Part shown: one piece after another, positions 8,664 to 17,349 of the stretch
Numbering within the stretch: the stretch's first letter is position 1
Layout: every line of letters begins with the position of its first letter
NCBI GenBank assembly: GCA_034722055.1
Contig: JAYENL010000319.1
Coordinates: 8,785-54,715 of the forward strand
Reading direction: 5' to 3'
Source: Armatimonadota bacterium
GTDB lineage: Bacteria; Armatimonadota; Zipacnadia; Zipacnadales; UBA5352
Length of the DNA: 45,931 nucleotides
Notes under the pieces: model-generated
Databases searched by the model: none
Told to the model about the DNA's origin: nothing
What the model saw: only the letters and a program-made list of their open reading frames with translations
Program-made: the position numbers and the translations under genes

Positions 8664-8696
8664 GCCCAGGCGGAATCCCACGGCCTGGGCTCTTTT
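8664..8696 (+). terminator. Intrinsic terminator
   Basis: GCCCAGGC/GCCTGGGC stem followed by TCTTTT, 30 nt after the FmdE stop codon. Confidence 0.65.
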
Positions 8697-8779
8697 CATG
8701 CAGGCCTCCTGCCCGGCTTCAACGAATCATCTTGCGCACCACTGAACGACAGTCTATCCTCGTCAAGGGACTCACTCAC

Positions 8780-9805
8780 ATGGAATACGTAGTGTTCGGG
8801 AACACCGGACTGAAGGTCTCCAGGTTCTGCCTGGGCGCGATGAACTTCCCGCTTCGCTGCGACTTCGACACGACCAAGGCAACCTTCGCGGACGCATTCG
8901 ACGCCGGCATCAACTTCATCGACAACGCCGACGCCTACGGCCGCGGAGAGTCTGAGGAGGTGCAGGGCCGCGCCCTGGCTGAGCTGGATGTGAAGCGAGA
9001 GAACCTGGTGATCGCCACCAAGTGCTGGGTGAAGATGTTCGACCGGGAGGGAGGCGGCGGAGGCGAGGGCGGCGGCTGCTCGCGGCGGCACATCATCCAG
9101 GCCTGCGAGGACTCCCTGCGGCGGCTGCAGACGGACTACATCGACCTCTACCAGCTCCACCATCCGGATCCGATCACGCCGGTAGAGGAGACGCTGGAGG
9201 CGCTGGACACCCTCATCAAGCAGGGGAAGATCCGCTACGCAGGCGTGTGCAACCACTACGCCTGGCAGATGGCGGAGATGCTGGGCAAGGCCGCCCTGCG
9301 CGATCTGCAGCCCATTGTCTCGGCCCAGGTGCGCTACAACATCATGGACCGGGTGATCGAGAACGAGACCGTGCCCTTCTGCCGGAAGTTCAACGTGGCG
9401 ATAATGGGCTACGGGCCGCTGCACGGCGGGATCTTCACAGGCAAGTACAAGCGCGGGGAGGAGCCGCCGGAGGGCTCGCGCTTCTCCAGCCCGCGGATGC
9501 AGGAGAAGTACCTCACTGAGGACACCTTCGACGTGGTGGAGGAGCTGGAGGACATCGCCCAGCGCAACGGGATGCAGATCAACCAGCTCGCCGTGAAGTG
9601 GGTGCTGAGCAAGGACTACATCACCACACCGATACTGGGCGGCTCCAGGCGCGAGCACTTCCAGCCCATGTACGATCTCTTCGACATGGAGGTCGATCCC
9701 GCCGATCTCCAGCACATCGACGAGATGGGCGAGCAGTACCGCTACCAGCCCTTCGCGAACCAGGCCATGGTGGACGGCTACCCGGCGGCGCCGGGCTTCT
9801 GGTAG
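8780..9805 (+). CDS. Aldo/keto reductase
   Basis: GLKVSRFCLG, GINFIDNADAYG, IATK and SLRRLQTDYIDLYQLH motifs. Confidence 0.93.
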   Translation: MEYVVFGNTGLKVSRFCLGAMNFPLRCDFDTTKATFADAFDAGINFIDNADAYGRGESEEVQGRALAELDVKRENLVIATKCWVKMFDREGGGGGEGGGCSRRHIIQACEDSLRRLQTDYIDLYQLHHPDPITPVEETLEALDTLIKQGKIRYAGVCNHYAWQMAEMLGKAALRDLQPIVSAQVRYNIMDRVIENETVPFCRKFNVAIMGYGPLHGGIFTGKYKRGEEPPEGSRFSSPRMQEKYLTEDTFDVVEELEDIAQRNGMQINQLAVKWVLSKDYITTPILGGSRREHFQPMYDLFDMEVDPADLQHIDEMGEQYRYQPFANQAMVDGYPAAPGFW

Positions 9806-9977
9806 CGATGACGTGCCGCGCAGGCGCACGAGCTGCACGGGCGGTTTGGGCCCCGTGAGAACTCGGCCGCGGGGCCCGCGTCCTGTACGCATCTCGGAGG
9901 CATCTCGGAGGACATTTCGTGCCGGGCTGGAAACGGCTGGCGAGCCCAGAATCCGGAGCAGATGTCGGGAGGCCACC

Positions 9978-11033
9978 ATGAGCGAGAGCTACACCGTCGC
10001 GATCATCGGCACAGGCGGAATCGCCAACACGCACGCCGGATACTACACCGCCAGCGACCGCACCGAGATGGTCGCCGGCTGCGACATCGACGAAGAACGC
10101 CTCAACGCCTTCTGCGACAAGCACGACATCGAGCACCGCTACCTCGACTACGAGACGCTGCTTGACGAGGTGGAGCCGGAGATGGTCAGCGTCTGCACCT
10201 GGAACGGCACGCACATGCCCATCTCCATCGCGGCCATCGAGGCCGGCGCGAAAGCCGTGGTCTCCGAGAAGCCCATGAGCGATGAGCTCGGCGGGCCTCT
10301 GGACGCGGTGGCACTGGCCGAGGAGCGCGGCTGCCACTTCGTGGTCCATCATCAGAGGCGCTTTGCGCCGGGCTACAACGCCGCGAAGCGGCTCATCGCG
10401 GAGGGCGCACTCGGCGAGACCGTCAGCGCCCGCATGGCCAGCGGCGGCGGCCTGCTTAACATCGGCTCCCATCTCATCGACGGCTGCCGCTGGGTTCTCA
10501 GCGACCCCGGCTGGACTGCCGTCGTCGGCTGGATCCAGCGCAACACCAACCGCTTCGAGCGCGGCTCCTACGCCGAGGAGAAGACGCACGCGCTGGTCGA
10601 GGTCGAGGGCGGCCATGAGATGACGCTCTCGGTGGACATGGTCGATCTGCAGAAGCAGCGCGGCTTCCAGGTCTGCGGGCCTGCTGGGGTCATCAACATC
10701 GACCGCGATCAGGCGGTGCTGATCGATGCCGCGGGGGCCCACGAGCCCGAGGCGGACCCGCAACCGGGCTACCTGGAGGAGCTGCTGGCGTGGATGGACG
10801 GCGGCCCGCCGCACCGCAACATCGCCTCCGAGGCGCTCGTGGCCCAGCAGATCATGATGGCCATCTACGAGTCCGCCCGCAGCCGCACGCGCGTCGAACC
10901 GCCCTACGAGAAGCGCGAATCCCCGCTGGAGCAGATGATCCACGCCGGCGAGCTGCCCGCAGAGGGCGAGTCGTACGACATCCGCATAGAGGAGGCGCTG
11001 GAGTGGGCGATGAAGCAGCGCGGAGAGGTCTGA
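9978..11033 (+). CDS. Gfo/Idh/MocA family oxidoreductase
   Basis: IIGTGGIA, EKPM and GSHLID motifs; GGGAGG RBS. Confidence 0.9.
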   Translation: MSESYTVAIIGTGGIANTHAGYYTASDRTEMVAGCDIDEERLNAFCDKHDIEHRYLDYETLLDEVEPEMVSVCTWNGTHMPISIAAIEAGAKAVVSEKPMSDELGGPLDAVALAEERGCHFVVHHQRRFAPGYNAAKRLIAEGALGETVSARMASGGGLLNIGSHLIDGCRWVLSDPGWTAVVGWIQRNTNRFERGSYAEEKTHALVEVEGGHEMTLSVDMVDLQKQRGFQVCGPAGVINIDRDQAVLIDAAGAHEPEADPQPGYLEELLAWMDGGPPHRNIASEALVAQQIMMAIYESARSRTRVEPPYEKRESPLEQMIHAGELPAEGESYDIRIEEALEWAMKQRGEV

Positions 11034-11058
11034 TGGCCGATCCCGAGGTGACGGTGCA

Positions 11059-13245
11059 ATGGTCAGAGTGACTGCGCGGGCAATCTGCATTGCAGCGCTG
11101 GTCGTGCTCCATGGCGCCATTGCCTTCGCCCAGGAGCCCGTGCTCCGGCTTGATTTCGGCAAGGCCGACTCGCCGGTGGAGGTGGGCTTCACGGGGGTCA
11201 CTGCCGAGACGGCGTACTCGCCGGAGCTGGGCTACGGTTGGGGCGCGGTGACCGAGCTCAAGGAGGCTGATCAGGGCTCAGGCTCCGCCCTGCAGCGCGA
11301 CTTCATCTACGGCTACGGCCCCACCGGCCCGCTGCCGGCCACCTTCCTGCTGGACCTCCAACCGGGCCGCTACCAGATCGCACTGCTCGCCGGCGACATG
11401 AAGTACAACCGCAGCGGACTGCCCTTCGACGTGCTGATCGACGGCCACGTGGCAATCGAGCAGTGGCATAACCGCCAGTGGGAGTTCCGGCTGGTCTCCG
11501 TCGAGGCCGGCGAGGAGCCGGTGAGCATCGCCTTCCGCAGCTCGGACGTGCAGCCGCGCCGCTACTCGTGGTGGCACTGCAACGGGATCGTGGTCCTGGA
11601 TGCTGATACGGAAGACCAGGCGCGCGATCAGATGGATGCGATGTTCGCCGCCATGCGCGAGGCCTGGTACGCCGACTACGAGGAGGTGTTCCCCGAGGAG
11701 CATCCGGCGCGCGGTGAGATCGCCGAAGCCGACCGCCAGCGCGGGTATGTGGCCTTTGCGCGCGACTACCTGGACATCGTCTACCCGGCTACCATCCCCT
11801 CCGACGAGGAGCGCCGCGCGGAGCTGAGCGCCTGGGCGACGCCCGGCGAGTACGAGCCGGTCAGCTTCGGGGTGGTGCCGCTGCGCGACCTGGGGGAGTG
11901 CCGCGTGAGTGTCAGCGACCTCAGATCCGGGCCGAATGTCATCAGCTCGGACCGATGGGACATCCGCATCGCGGGCATCCTGCGCCGCCGGCAGGGCCGC
12001 GATGAGAAGAAGTACCTGCGCGGCCCCAAGATGCTCTACCCTGGCGAGCGGGTGGAGATCGGCCCCGGGGACACCCGCTGGTGGTGGCTCACGGTGCACG
12101 TCCCGGAGGATCAACGGCCCGGCTGGTACTCCGGCAAGGTGACCTTCGCCCCCGAGGGCGCCGAGCCGTGGACCTGTCCGCTTCGACTGCGGGTGCTCCC
12201 CTTCACAATCGGGAGGCCCGAGGGCGAGATGTTCGGGATGTACTACGGCACCCACTACGCGATGTACCCCGAGAACCGGGACCTGCACTTCGCCGACATG
12301 CGCGAGCATCTCATCGACACCATCACGCTCAGCCGGGAGGCCCCGACGGGCGGGTGGGTCGATGGCGAGCTGCAGCTCGACTTCTCCGTGATGGACGAGT
12401 TCATCGCATCCGCGCAGCGGCACGGACTGACCGGCGACATGCCCTGGGGCGGCGTGCGGCGGCTGCCCGCCCTGATTCCGGAGGACCTCTCCTACGAGGA
12501 GTGGGACGAGCGCTACAAGCAGCTTCTGGCGGCGACGGTCGCACATGGCGAGGCGAAGGGCTGGCCGAGGCTGCTGTGCTACCCGGTGGACGAGCCCAGC
12601 AACAATGCAGAGCGCATCGAGCGGGCCCAGCACCTGCTGGGCCTGGCGCAGGAGGTTCCCGGCGCCTACACCTACTGCACTCCGAACGCCATCGAGGGCG
12701 GGCTGCGGCTGCTGCCGCTGATCGACTACGCCTGCTGGCAGCACCTCTCAGCCAACGCCGAGACCAGGCAGGCGACGCTGGATCAAGGCGCCACCTTCTG
12801 GTACTACTCCTCGAACTATGGGGCGAGGGCGGCCGTGCCCCGGTTCCGCAGCGGATTCCTGCGCTGGCGGCTGGGCGCCACGGGAATGCTCTACTGGCAC
12901 TACAACGCCTACGTGGGCAGCCCCTACGACGACCTCGACGCGGCGCGCTCGGACATGTTCGTCTCGGCGCCGACGCCCGAGGGGCCCATCCCCACCATCG
13001 GCTGGGAGTGCGAGCGAGAGGGCATCGAGGATGTGTGGTATCTGCGCCAGCTTGAGGGGCTGATCGAGGCCGCCCCGGCTGCGAAGGCCGATGAGGCCGC
13101 CGCCGCGCGGGCCACGCTCGATGAGCTTCGAGCCGGCATCATCCCCGACGGCAAGGAGAACCTGTCGATCCCGGAGGGCTTCAGCACCGCGACCTTCCAT
13201 CGCTTCCGCCGCCGCATCGCGGCGCACATCATCGACCTGATGTGA
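11059..13245 (+). CDS. Secreted putative glycoside hydrolase (N-terminal galactose-binding-like domain, GH123/DUF4091-like catalytic region)
   Basis: Signal peptide, LDFG...GYGW N-terminal module, GEYEP, DEP motif, G.LYW and WE..REGIED C-terminal motif. Confidence 0.65.
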   Translation: MVRVTARAICIAALVVLHGAIAFAQEPVLRLDFGKADSPVEVGFTGVTAETAYSPELGYGWGAVTELKEADQGSGSALQRDFIYGYGPTGPLPATFLLDLQPGRYQIALLAGDMKYNRSGLPFDVLIDGHVAIEQWHNRQWEFRLVSVEAGEEPVSIAFRSSDVQPRRYSWWHCNGIVVLDADTEDQARDQMDAMFAAMREAWYADYEEVFPEEHPARGEIAEADRQRGYVAFARDYLDIVYPATIPSDEERRAELSAWATPGEYEPVSFGVVPLRDLGECRVSVSDLRSGPNVISSDRWDIRIAGILRRRQGRDEKKYLRGPKMLYPGERVEIGPGDTRWWWLTVHVPEDQRPGWYSGKVTFAPEGAEPWTCPLRLRVLPFTIGRPEGEMFGMYYGTHYAMYPENRDLHFADMREHLIDTITLSREAPTGGWVDGELQLDFSVMDEFIASAQRHGLTGDMPWGGVRRLPALIPEDLSYEEWDERYKQLLAATVAHGEAKGWPRLLCYPVDEPSNNAERIERAQHLLGLAQEVPGAYTYCTPNAIEGGLRLLPLIDYACWQHLSANAETRQATLDQGATFWYYSSNYGARAAVPRFRSGFLRWRLGATGMLYWHYNAYVGSPYDDLDAARSDMFVSAPTPEGPIPTIGWECEREGIEDVWYLRQLEGLIEAAPAAKADEAAAARATLDELRAGIIPDGKENLSIPEGFSTATFHRFRRRIAAHIIDLM

Positions 13246-13316
13246 ACACCGCTCGGCAAGGGCTGCTCGGAAGCAACCGTGGGTAGGACCCTCGAGAGGA
13301 GAGAGGCGGGTCTGAT

Positions 13317-13871
13317 ATGAGATGGGACGACGACTGGGACCAATACGATGACCAGGAGCTGGACGAGCTCCTGGAGCCGGCGATCATCGCTCCCACGCTC
13401 ATGGACATGTTCGAGGCCATCGTCCTGATCTGTCTGGAGGCAGGGACACTGACCGAGGCGGACCTCGACAGGCTCGACGAGATCGAGTTCCCGGGCATGC
13501 CGGAGAACGCGACTGCACACGACAAGGCCCTCCACCTGGCCCTCCGGGCGTACGACGAGTGCCTGGAGGACCCGGAGTTGGCGCGCGAGTTGGCGGACGA
13601 GGCGATGGAGTTGGACCCCGCCTGCATCGACGCCAGAGTCGCCCGCTGGTTCACCCTCGACATCACCTCTCAGGAAGCGTTGGTCGCCGCCGACGTGGCG
13701 GCAGTGTCCGGCAGCGAGCTCGCCTCGGCAACCGCGGAGTTGCGCGACTCCTCCGACCTGTGGCAGTACCCTCGCCTCCGCGGGGTCGTGCGTGCATTTG
13801 CGGCTCTGGCGCTCGCGAACTGGGCCCATGGGCTCGAGGAGGACGCGATCGAGGTTGCTCGGCGACGATGA
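13317..13871 (+). CDS. Acidic hypothetical protein with TPR-like helices, possibly truncated
   Basis: GAGGAGAGAGG RBS; A.ELDP.CIDA helix pattern; stop overlaps the next ATG (ATGA). Confidence 0.55.
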   Translation: MRWDDDWDQYDDQELDELLEPAIIAPTLMDMFEAIVLICLEAGTLTEADLDRLDEIEFPGMPENATAHDKALHLALRAYDECLEDPELARELADEAMELDPACIDARVARWFTLDITSQEALVAADVAAVSGSELASATAELRDSSDLWQYPRLRGVVRAFAALALANWAHGLEEDAIEVARRR

Positions 13872-14884
13872 CGATCTCTGAGCGCTTCCGAGCCGCCATG
13901 CGCGGGGAGCCTGTGGACCGGCTGCCCCGCGTCGAGTGGGCGCCATACTGGGACCAGACGCTCGAGCGCTGGTACACCGAGGGCCTGCCGGAGGGCATGC
14001 CGCGCTACGAGGTGCAGGAGCACCTCGGCCTTGACCCCGTGTATCAGCTCCGCGTCAGCCCCATCGGCGCCGGCGCACCGGCTCCGCCGCGACACGGCGC
14101 CGGCATCCTGGAGGACGAGGCCGGCTACGAGCGTGTGCTGCCCTGGCTCTACCCGGACATCACGCCTCAGCTCGACGCGCTTGCCGACCTCATCGACAGC
14201 CGCGGCCGGGAGAGCTTCGTCCTGTGGTTCACCGTGGATGGCTTCTTCTGGTATCCGCGGCGGCTCTTCGGCATTCAGCGCCACTTCTACGCCTTCTACG
14301 ACCACGCCGAGCTGATGCACCGCATGAACGCCGACCTCGCCGCGCACAGCATCGAGTGCCTGCGACAGGTGGGTGAGATCACCGCCCCGGACTTCGTGAC
14401 CTTCGCTGAGGATATGTCCTACAACCACGGGCCGATGCTCTCCGAGGCGATGTTCGAGGAGTTCCTCGCGCCCTGGTACCGGCGGGTGGTTCCCGTCATC
14501 GAGGAGATCGGCTCGGAGCCGATCGTGGACAGCGACGGCGATGTGACCAAGATGATCCCGTGGCTGGAGCGCGTGGGCGCCACGGGGGTGCTGCCCCTGG
14601 AGCGCCAGGCGGGGGTGGACGGCATGGCCCTGCGGCGCGCGCACCCGGACCTGATCATGATCGGGCACTACGACAAGATGGTGATGAACCGCGGCGAGGA
14701 GGCCATCCGGGCGGAGTTCGAGCGCCTGCTGCCGCTGATGCGCTCTGGCCGGTTCATCCCCTCTGTGGACCACCAGACGCCACCGGGGGTCTCGTTCGGA
14801 GAGTATCAGGTCTACCTGCGGCTGCTGGAGGAGTACGCGGAGGTTGGAGCGGAGCGCTGCGACGGCGCCCGGCAGGTGGGATGA
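13868..14884 (+). CDS. Uroporphyrinogen decarboxylase/MtaA-CmuA family protein
   Basis: ERFRAAMRGEPVDRLP, EDMSYNHGPMLS, DSDG and IPSVDH motifs. Confidence 0.85.
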   Translation: MTISERFRAAMRGEPVDRLPRVEWAPYWDQTLERWYTEGLPEGMPRYEVQEHLGLDPVYQLRVSPIGAGAPAPPRHGAGILEDEAGYERVLPWLYPDITPQLDALADLIDSRGRESFVLWFTVDGFFWYPRRLFGIQRHFYAFYDHAELMHRMNADLAAHSIECLRQVGEITAPDFVTFAEDMSYNHGPMLSEAMFEEFLAPWYRRVVPVIEEIGSEPIVDSDGDVTKMIPWLERVGATGVLPLERQAGVDGMALRRAHPDLIMIGHYDKMVMNRGEEAIRAEFERLLPLMRSGRFIPSVDHQTPPGVSFGEYQVYLRLLEEYAEVGAERCDGARQVG

Positions 14885-14908
14885 CGTCCTTCGCACGCTT
14901 CCAGTGCT

Positions 14909-15654
14909 TCAGGTCCTGCGCGCCAGCACCACCAGCCGCTTCGCCTCGTGGTCGTAGGGGTCTCCGGCCAGCGAGCCGCAGACCTCGAAGTCCCCGAATC
15001 CCACCTCCGCCAGCAGGTCGGTCAGCTCCGCAGCCGAGTAGAGGCGGTGCTCGAAGGTCCGCTCGATGACCTCCCCGTCGCGGACCATGATCCAGCGGTT
15101 GCGCGCCCGCGTCCAGTCATCGATCACCTGGCACTCCTGAAGCTGCAACGAGCCATCGTCGCAGCGCGTCCAGTCGCGCGGCCGAAAGATACGGGCCAGG
15201 ACCTCCTTGCCCATCATCTCGATGAGCAGGGCGCCGCCGGGCTTGAGCGAGGTGAACAGGTTCTCGGCCACCAGGCGATCTCGGCCTCGTCCTCGAAGTA
15301 GCCGAAGGACGTGAACAGATTGATGGCCGCGTCGAAGGCCGCCGGCTGCCGGTAGCGGCGCATGTCCTCGAGCACCGCCTCCACCTCAAGGCCCTCGTCG
15401 GCCGCAGCTTCGCGCAGCGACCGGAGGTACTCCTCAGTGCGGTCAACCGCGGTGACGCGAAAGCCCCGGCGGGCCAGCTCCAGGCTGTGCCTGCCGGGGC
15501 CGCAGCAGAGATCGAGGATGCGCGCCCCGTCTGGCGGATGCAGCAGCTCCAGCGCCTGCTCCACCTCCTCGGGAGCCCGCTCCCAGCGCTCAGCCCCGAA
15601 CATGGCGGGGCGCCAGGTGGCCCAGAAAGCGTCATCCTCATGCCAGGGCCGCAT
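14909..15654 (-). pseudogene. Class I SAM-dependent methyltransferase split by a 1-bp frameshift at about 15280
   Basis: ILDLCCGPGRH and NLFTSFGYF in ORF 15214-15654; LKPGG and KE..AR in ORF 14909-15271; adding one base restores FEDEAEDRLVAEN. Confidence 0.8.
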
Positions 15655-15660
15655 CGCCCC

Positions 15661-17088
15661 TCACTCCCCGTTACCGTCGAAGGCGCACTTGGCTTCGACC
15701 TGCTCCTCGTACTCCTCCTCGGAGAGCTGTTTCCGCACCCACTCCAGACGAGCCTCCTGGTCAGCCTTGGCGGTGGTGTCGGTGATGTCGGGGTTGATCA
15801 TATCGTGGAGCTCACCGTCCAGGCCGGCGAGCTTGTGGTGGGCGTCGGGGTCTCGCGCCAGATCGCGAAGCTCGTCGGGATCGGCCTCCACGTCATAGAG
15901 CTCATGGCCGTAGCCGTGGTAGTGGATGAGCTTGTGCTCGTCCTTGCGGACCATGAACCAGCCGTTGCGCACGCCGTGTCCGTGGTACTGGGACAGGACC
16001 ACGCGGTTGAGATCATCCTCCTCCTCGCCGCGAGCGGCGCTCAGCAGGCTCTGTCCGGGCAGGTCCTCATCATCCTCGGTGAGCTCGCAGCCGGCCGCCT
16101 CCACGATGGTGGGGAACAGGTCCACCAGACTGACGGGGTGCTCGATGATCTCCCCCCGCTCGATGTCGGGGCCGGCGACGATCAGCGGCACGCGCGCGGA
16201 CGGCTCGAAGGGGGCGCACTTCCACCACATCCCGTGGGCGCCGAGCATCTCCCCGTGGTCGGACGCGAAGATGACGATGGTCTCGTCAGCGAGTCCCTCC
16301 TCCTCGAGCGTCGCCATGAGGTCGCCGACGAACCGATCGATGTAGCTGATGAGGCCGTGATAGCCGCGGATGTTGCGCATCCAGGTGTCCTCATCGATGG
16401 GCTCCTCCACCTCGAAGTGGTAGCGCAGATCCCGGTTGAGCTGGTTGAGGCGCTGGAGGTTGCCGAGCTCGGGGAGCTCGATCTCGTCGGGGTCATACAG
16501 CTCATACAGCTCCGGCGGGGCGAAGTGGGCGAAGTGAGGGTTCCGGTAGGAGCTCCACAGCATCCACGGACCGTCCTGGGCGTCGCTGGAGCGCAGGAAC
16601 TCCACGGACCTCTCGTAGACCTCCTCATCCACGTTGCCGGAGATGTCCTCGGGGCCGGCCTTGTCCAGCCGATCCCGGGCTCCCACGCGCCGGCACATGG
16701 GATTGCGGAAGAGGGCGCAGGTGTCGCCGATCTCCCGGTGTCCGGGCCGGAAGCTGCGCTCGAAGCCGTGGCTCTGGAAGGGCTGCACGAAGTCGAGCTT
16801 GCCGAAGGTAGTCACGGGCACACCCTGCTGCTCCAACCGGTGGCCGAAGGTCTCCCAGCTATCGTCGAAGGGCGAGGCGTTATCCCAGCAGTGGATCTGA
16901 TGCACGTGCCGGCCGCTCACGAAGCTGGCGCGGGCGGGCACGCAGAGGGGGCTGGTGGAGTAGGCGTTGCGGAACAGCACCCCGCGCTCGGCGAGGGCAT
17001 CCAGGTGCGGCGTGTGCATCCCCTCCCAGCCGGCGCAGCTCATCTTGCGGCCGTCCATCTCATCGACCATGATCAGCAGGACGTTCAT
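15661..17088 (-). CDS. Sulfatase (choline-sulfatase-like)
   Basis: SPLCVPARAS (CxPxR), SDHGEMLG.HG.WWK and ELYD...DPDE motifs; AAAGGGG RBS before ATG 17088. Confidence 0.9.
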   Translation of the reverse strand: MNVLLIMVDEMDGRKMSCAGWEGMHTPHLDALAERGVLFRNAYSTSPLCVPARASFVSGRHVHQIHCWDNASPFDDSWETFGHRLEQQGVPVTTFGKLDFVQPFQSHGFERSFRPGHREIGDTCALFRNPMCRRVGARDRLDKAGPEDISGNVDEEVYERSVEFLRSSDAQDGPWMLWSSYRNPHFAHFAPPELYELYDPDEIELPELGNLQRLNQLNRDLRYHFEVEEPIDEDTWMRNIRGYHGLISYIDRFVGDLMATLEEEGLADETIVIFASDHGEMLGAHGMWWKCAPFEPSARVPLIVAGPDIERGEIIEHPVSLVDLFPTIVEAAGCELTEDDEDLPGQSLLSAARGEEEDDLNRVVLSQYHGHGVRNGWFMVRKDEHKLIHYHGYGHELYDVEADPDELRDLARDPDAHHKLAGLDGELHDMINPDITDTTAKADQEARLEWVRKQLSEEEYEEQVEAKCAFDGNGE

Positions 17089-17349
17089 GCAATCCCCTTT
17101 CGGTCGCGTACACGACGGCGGGAGCATCCTCCCGCCGCCGATGATGGCATGCGTAAGCGCTGGGGCCCGACAGAGCGCACGCCGGTACGAACCCTTTTTC
17201 CTTCACTTCGGGATGCGAGGGGCGTTCTCCTTCCCCGGGGAGGGCAGCGCGGGGCGCTCCGCCGGGTCTGTGCAGGGCAGCGCGCCGGGAGCGGGGAATG
17301 TGGCTGTCACGGTCCGCAGCCAGTCGCCTTTGGGAGGGCCAGCGGCCAC

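Noticed and set aside
9889..9910. 11-bp tandem duplication GCATCTCGGAG x2
   Set aside because: Only two units, intergenic, no spacers; not CRISPR-like
15487..17349. N-terminal half of the 1274-aa ORF
   Set aside because: It is the antisense shadow of the sulfatase in high-GC DNA; the real gene starts at GTG 17350 after an RBS
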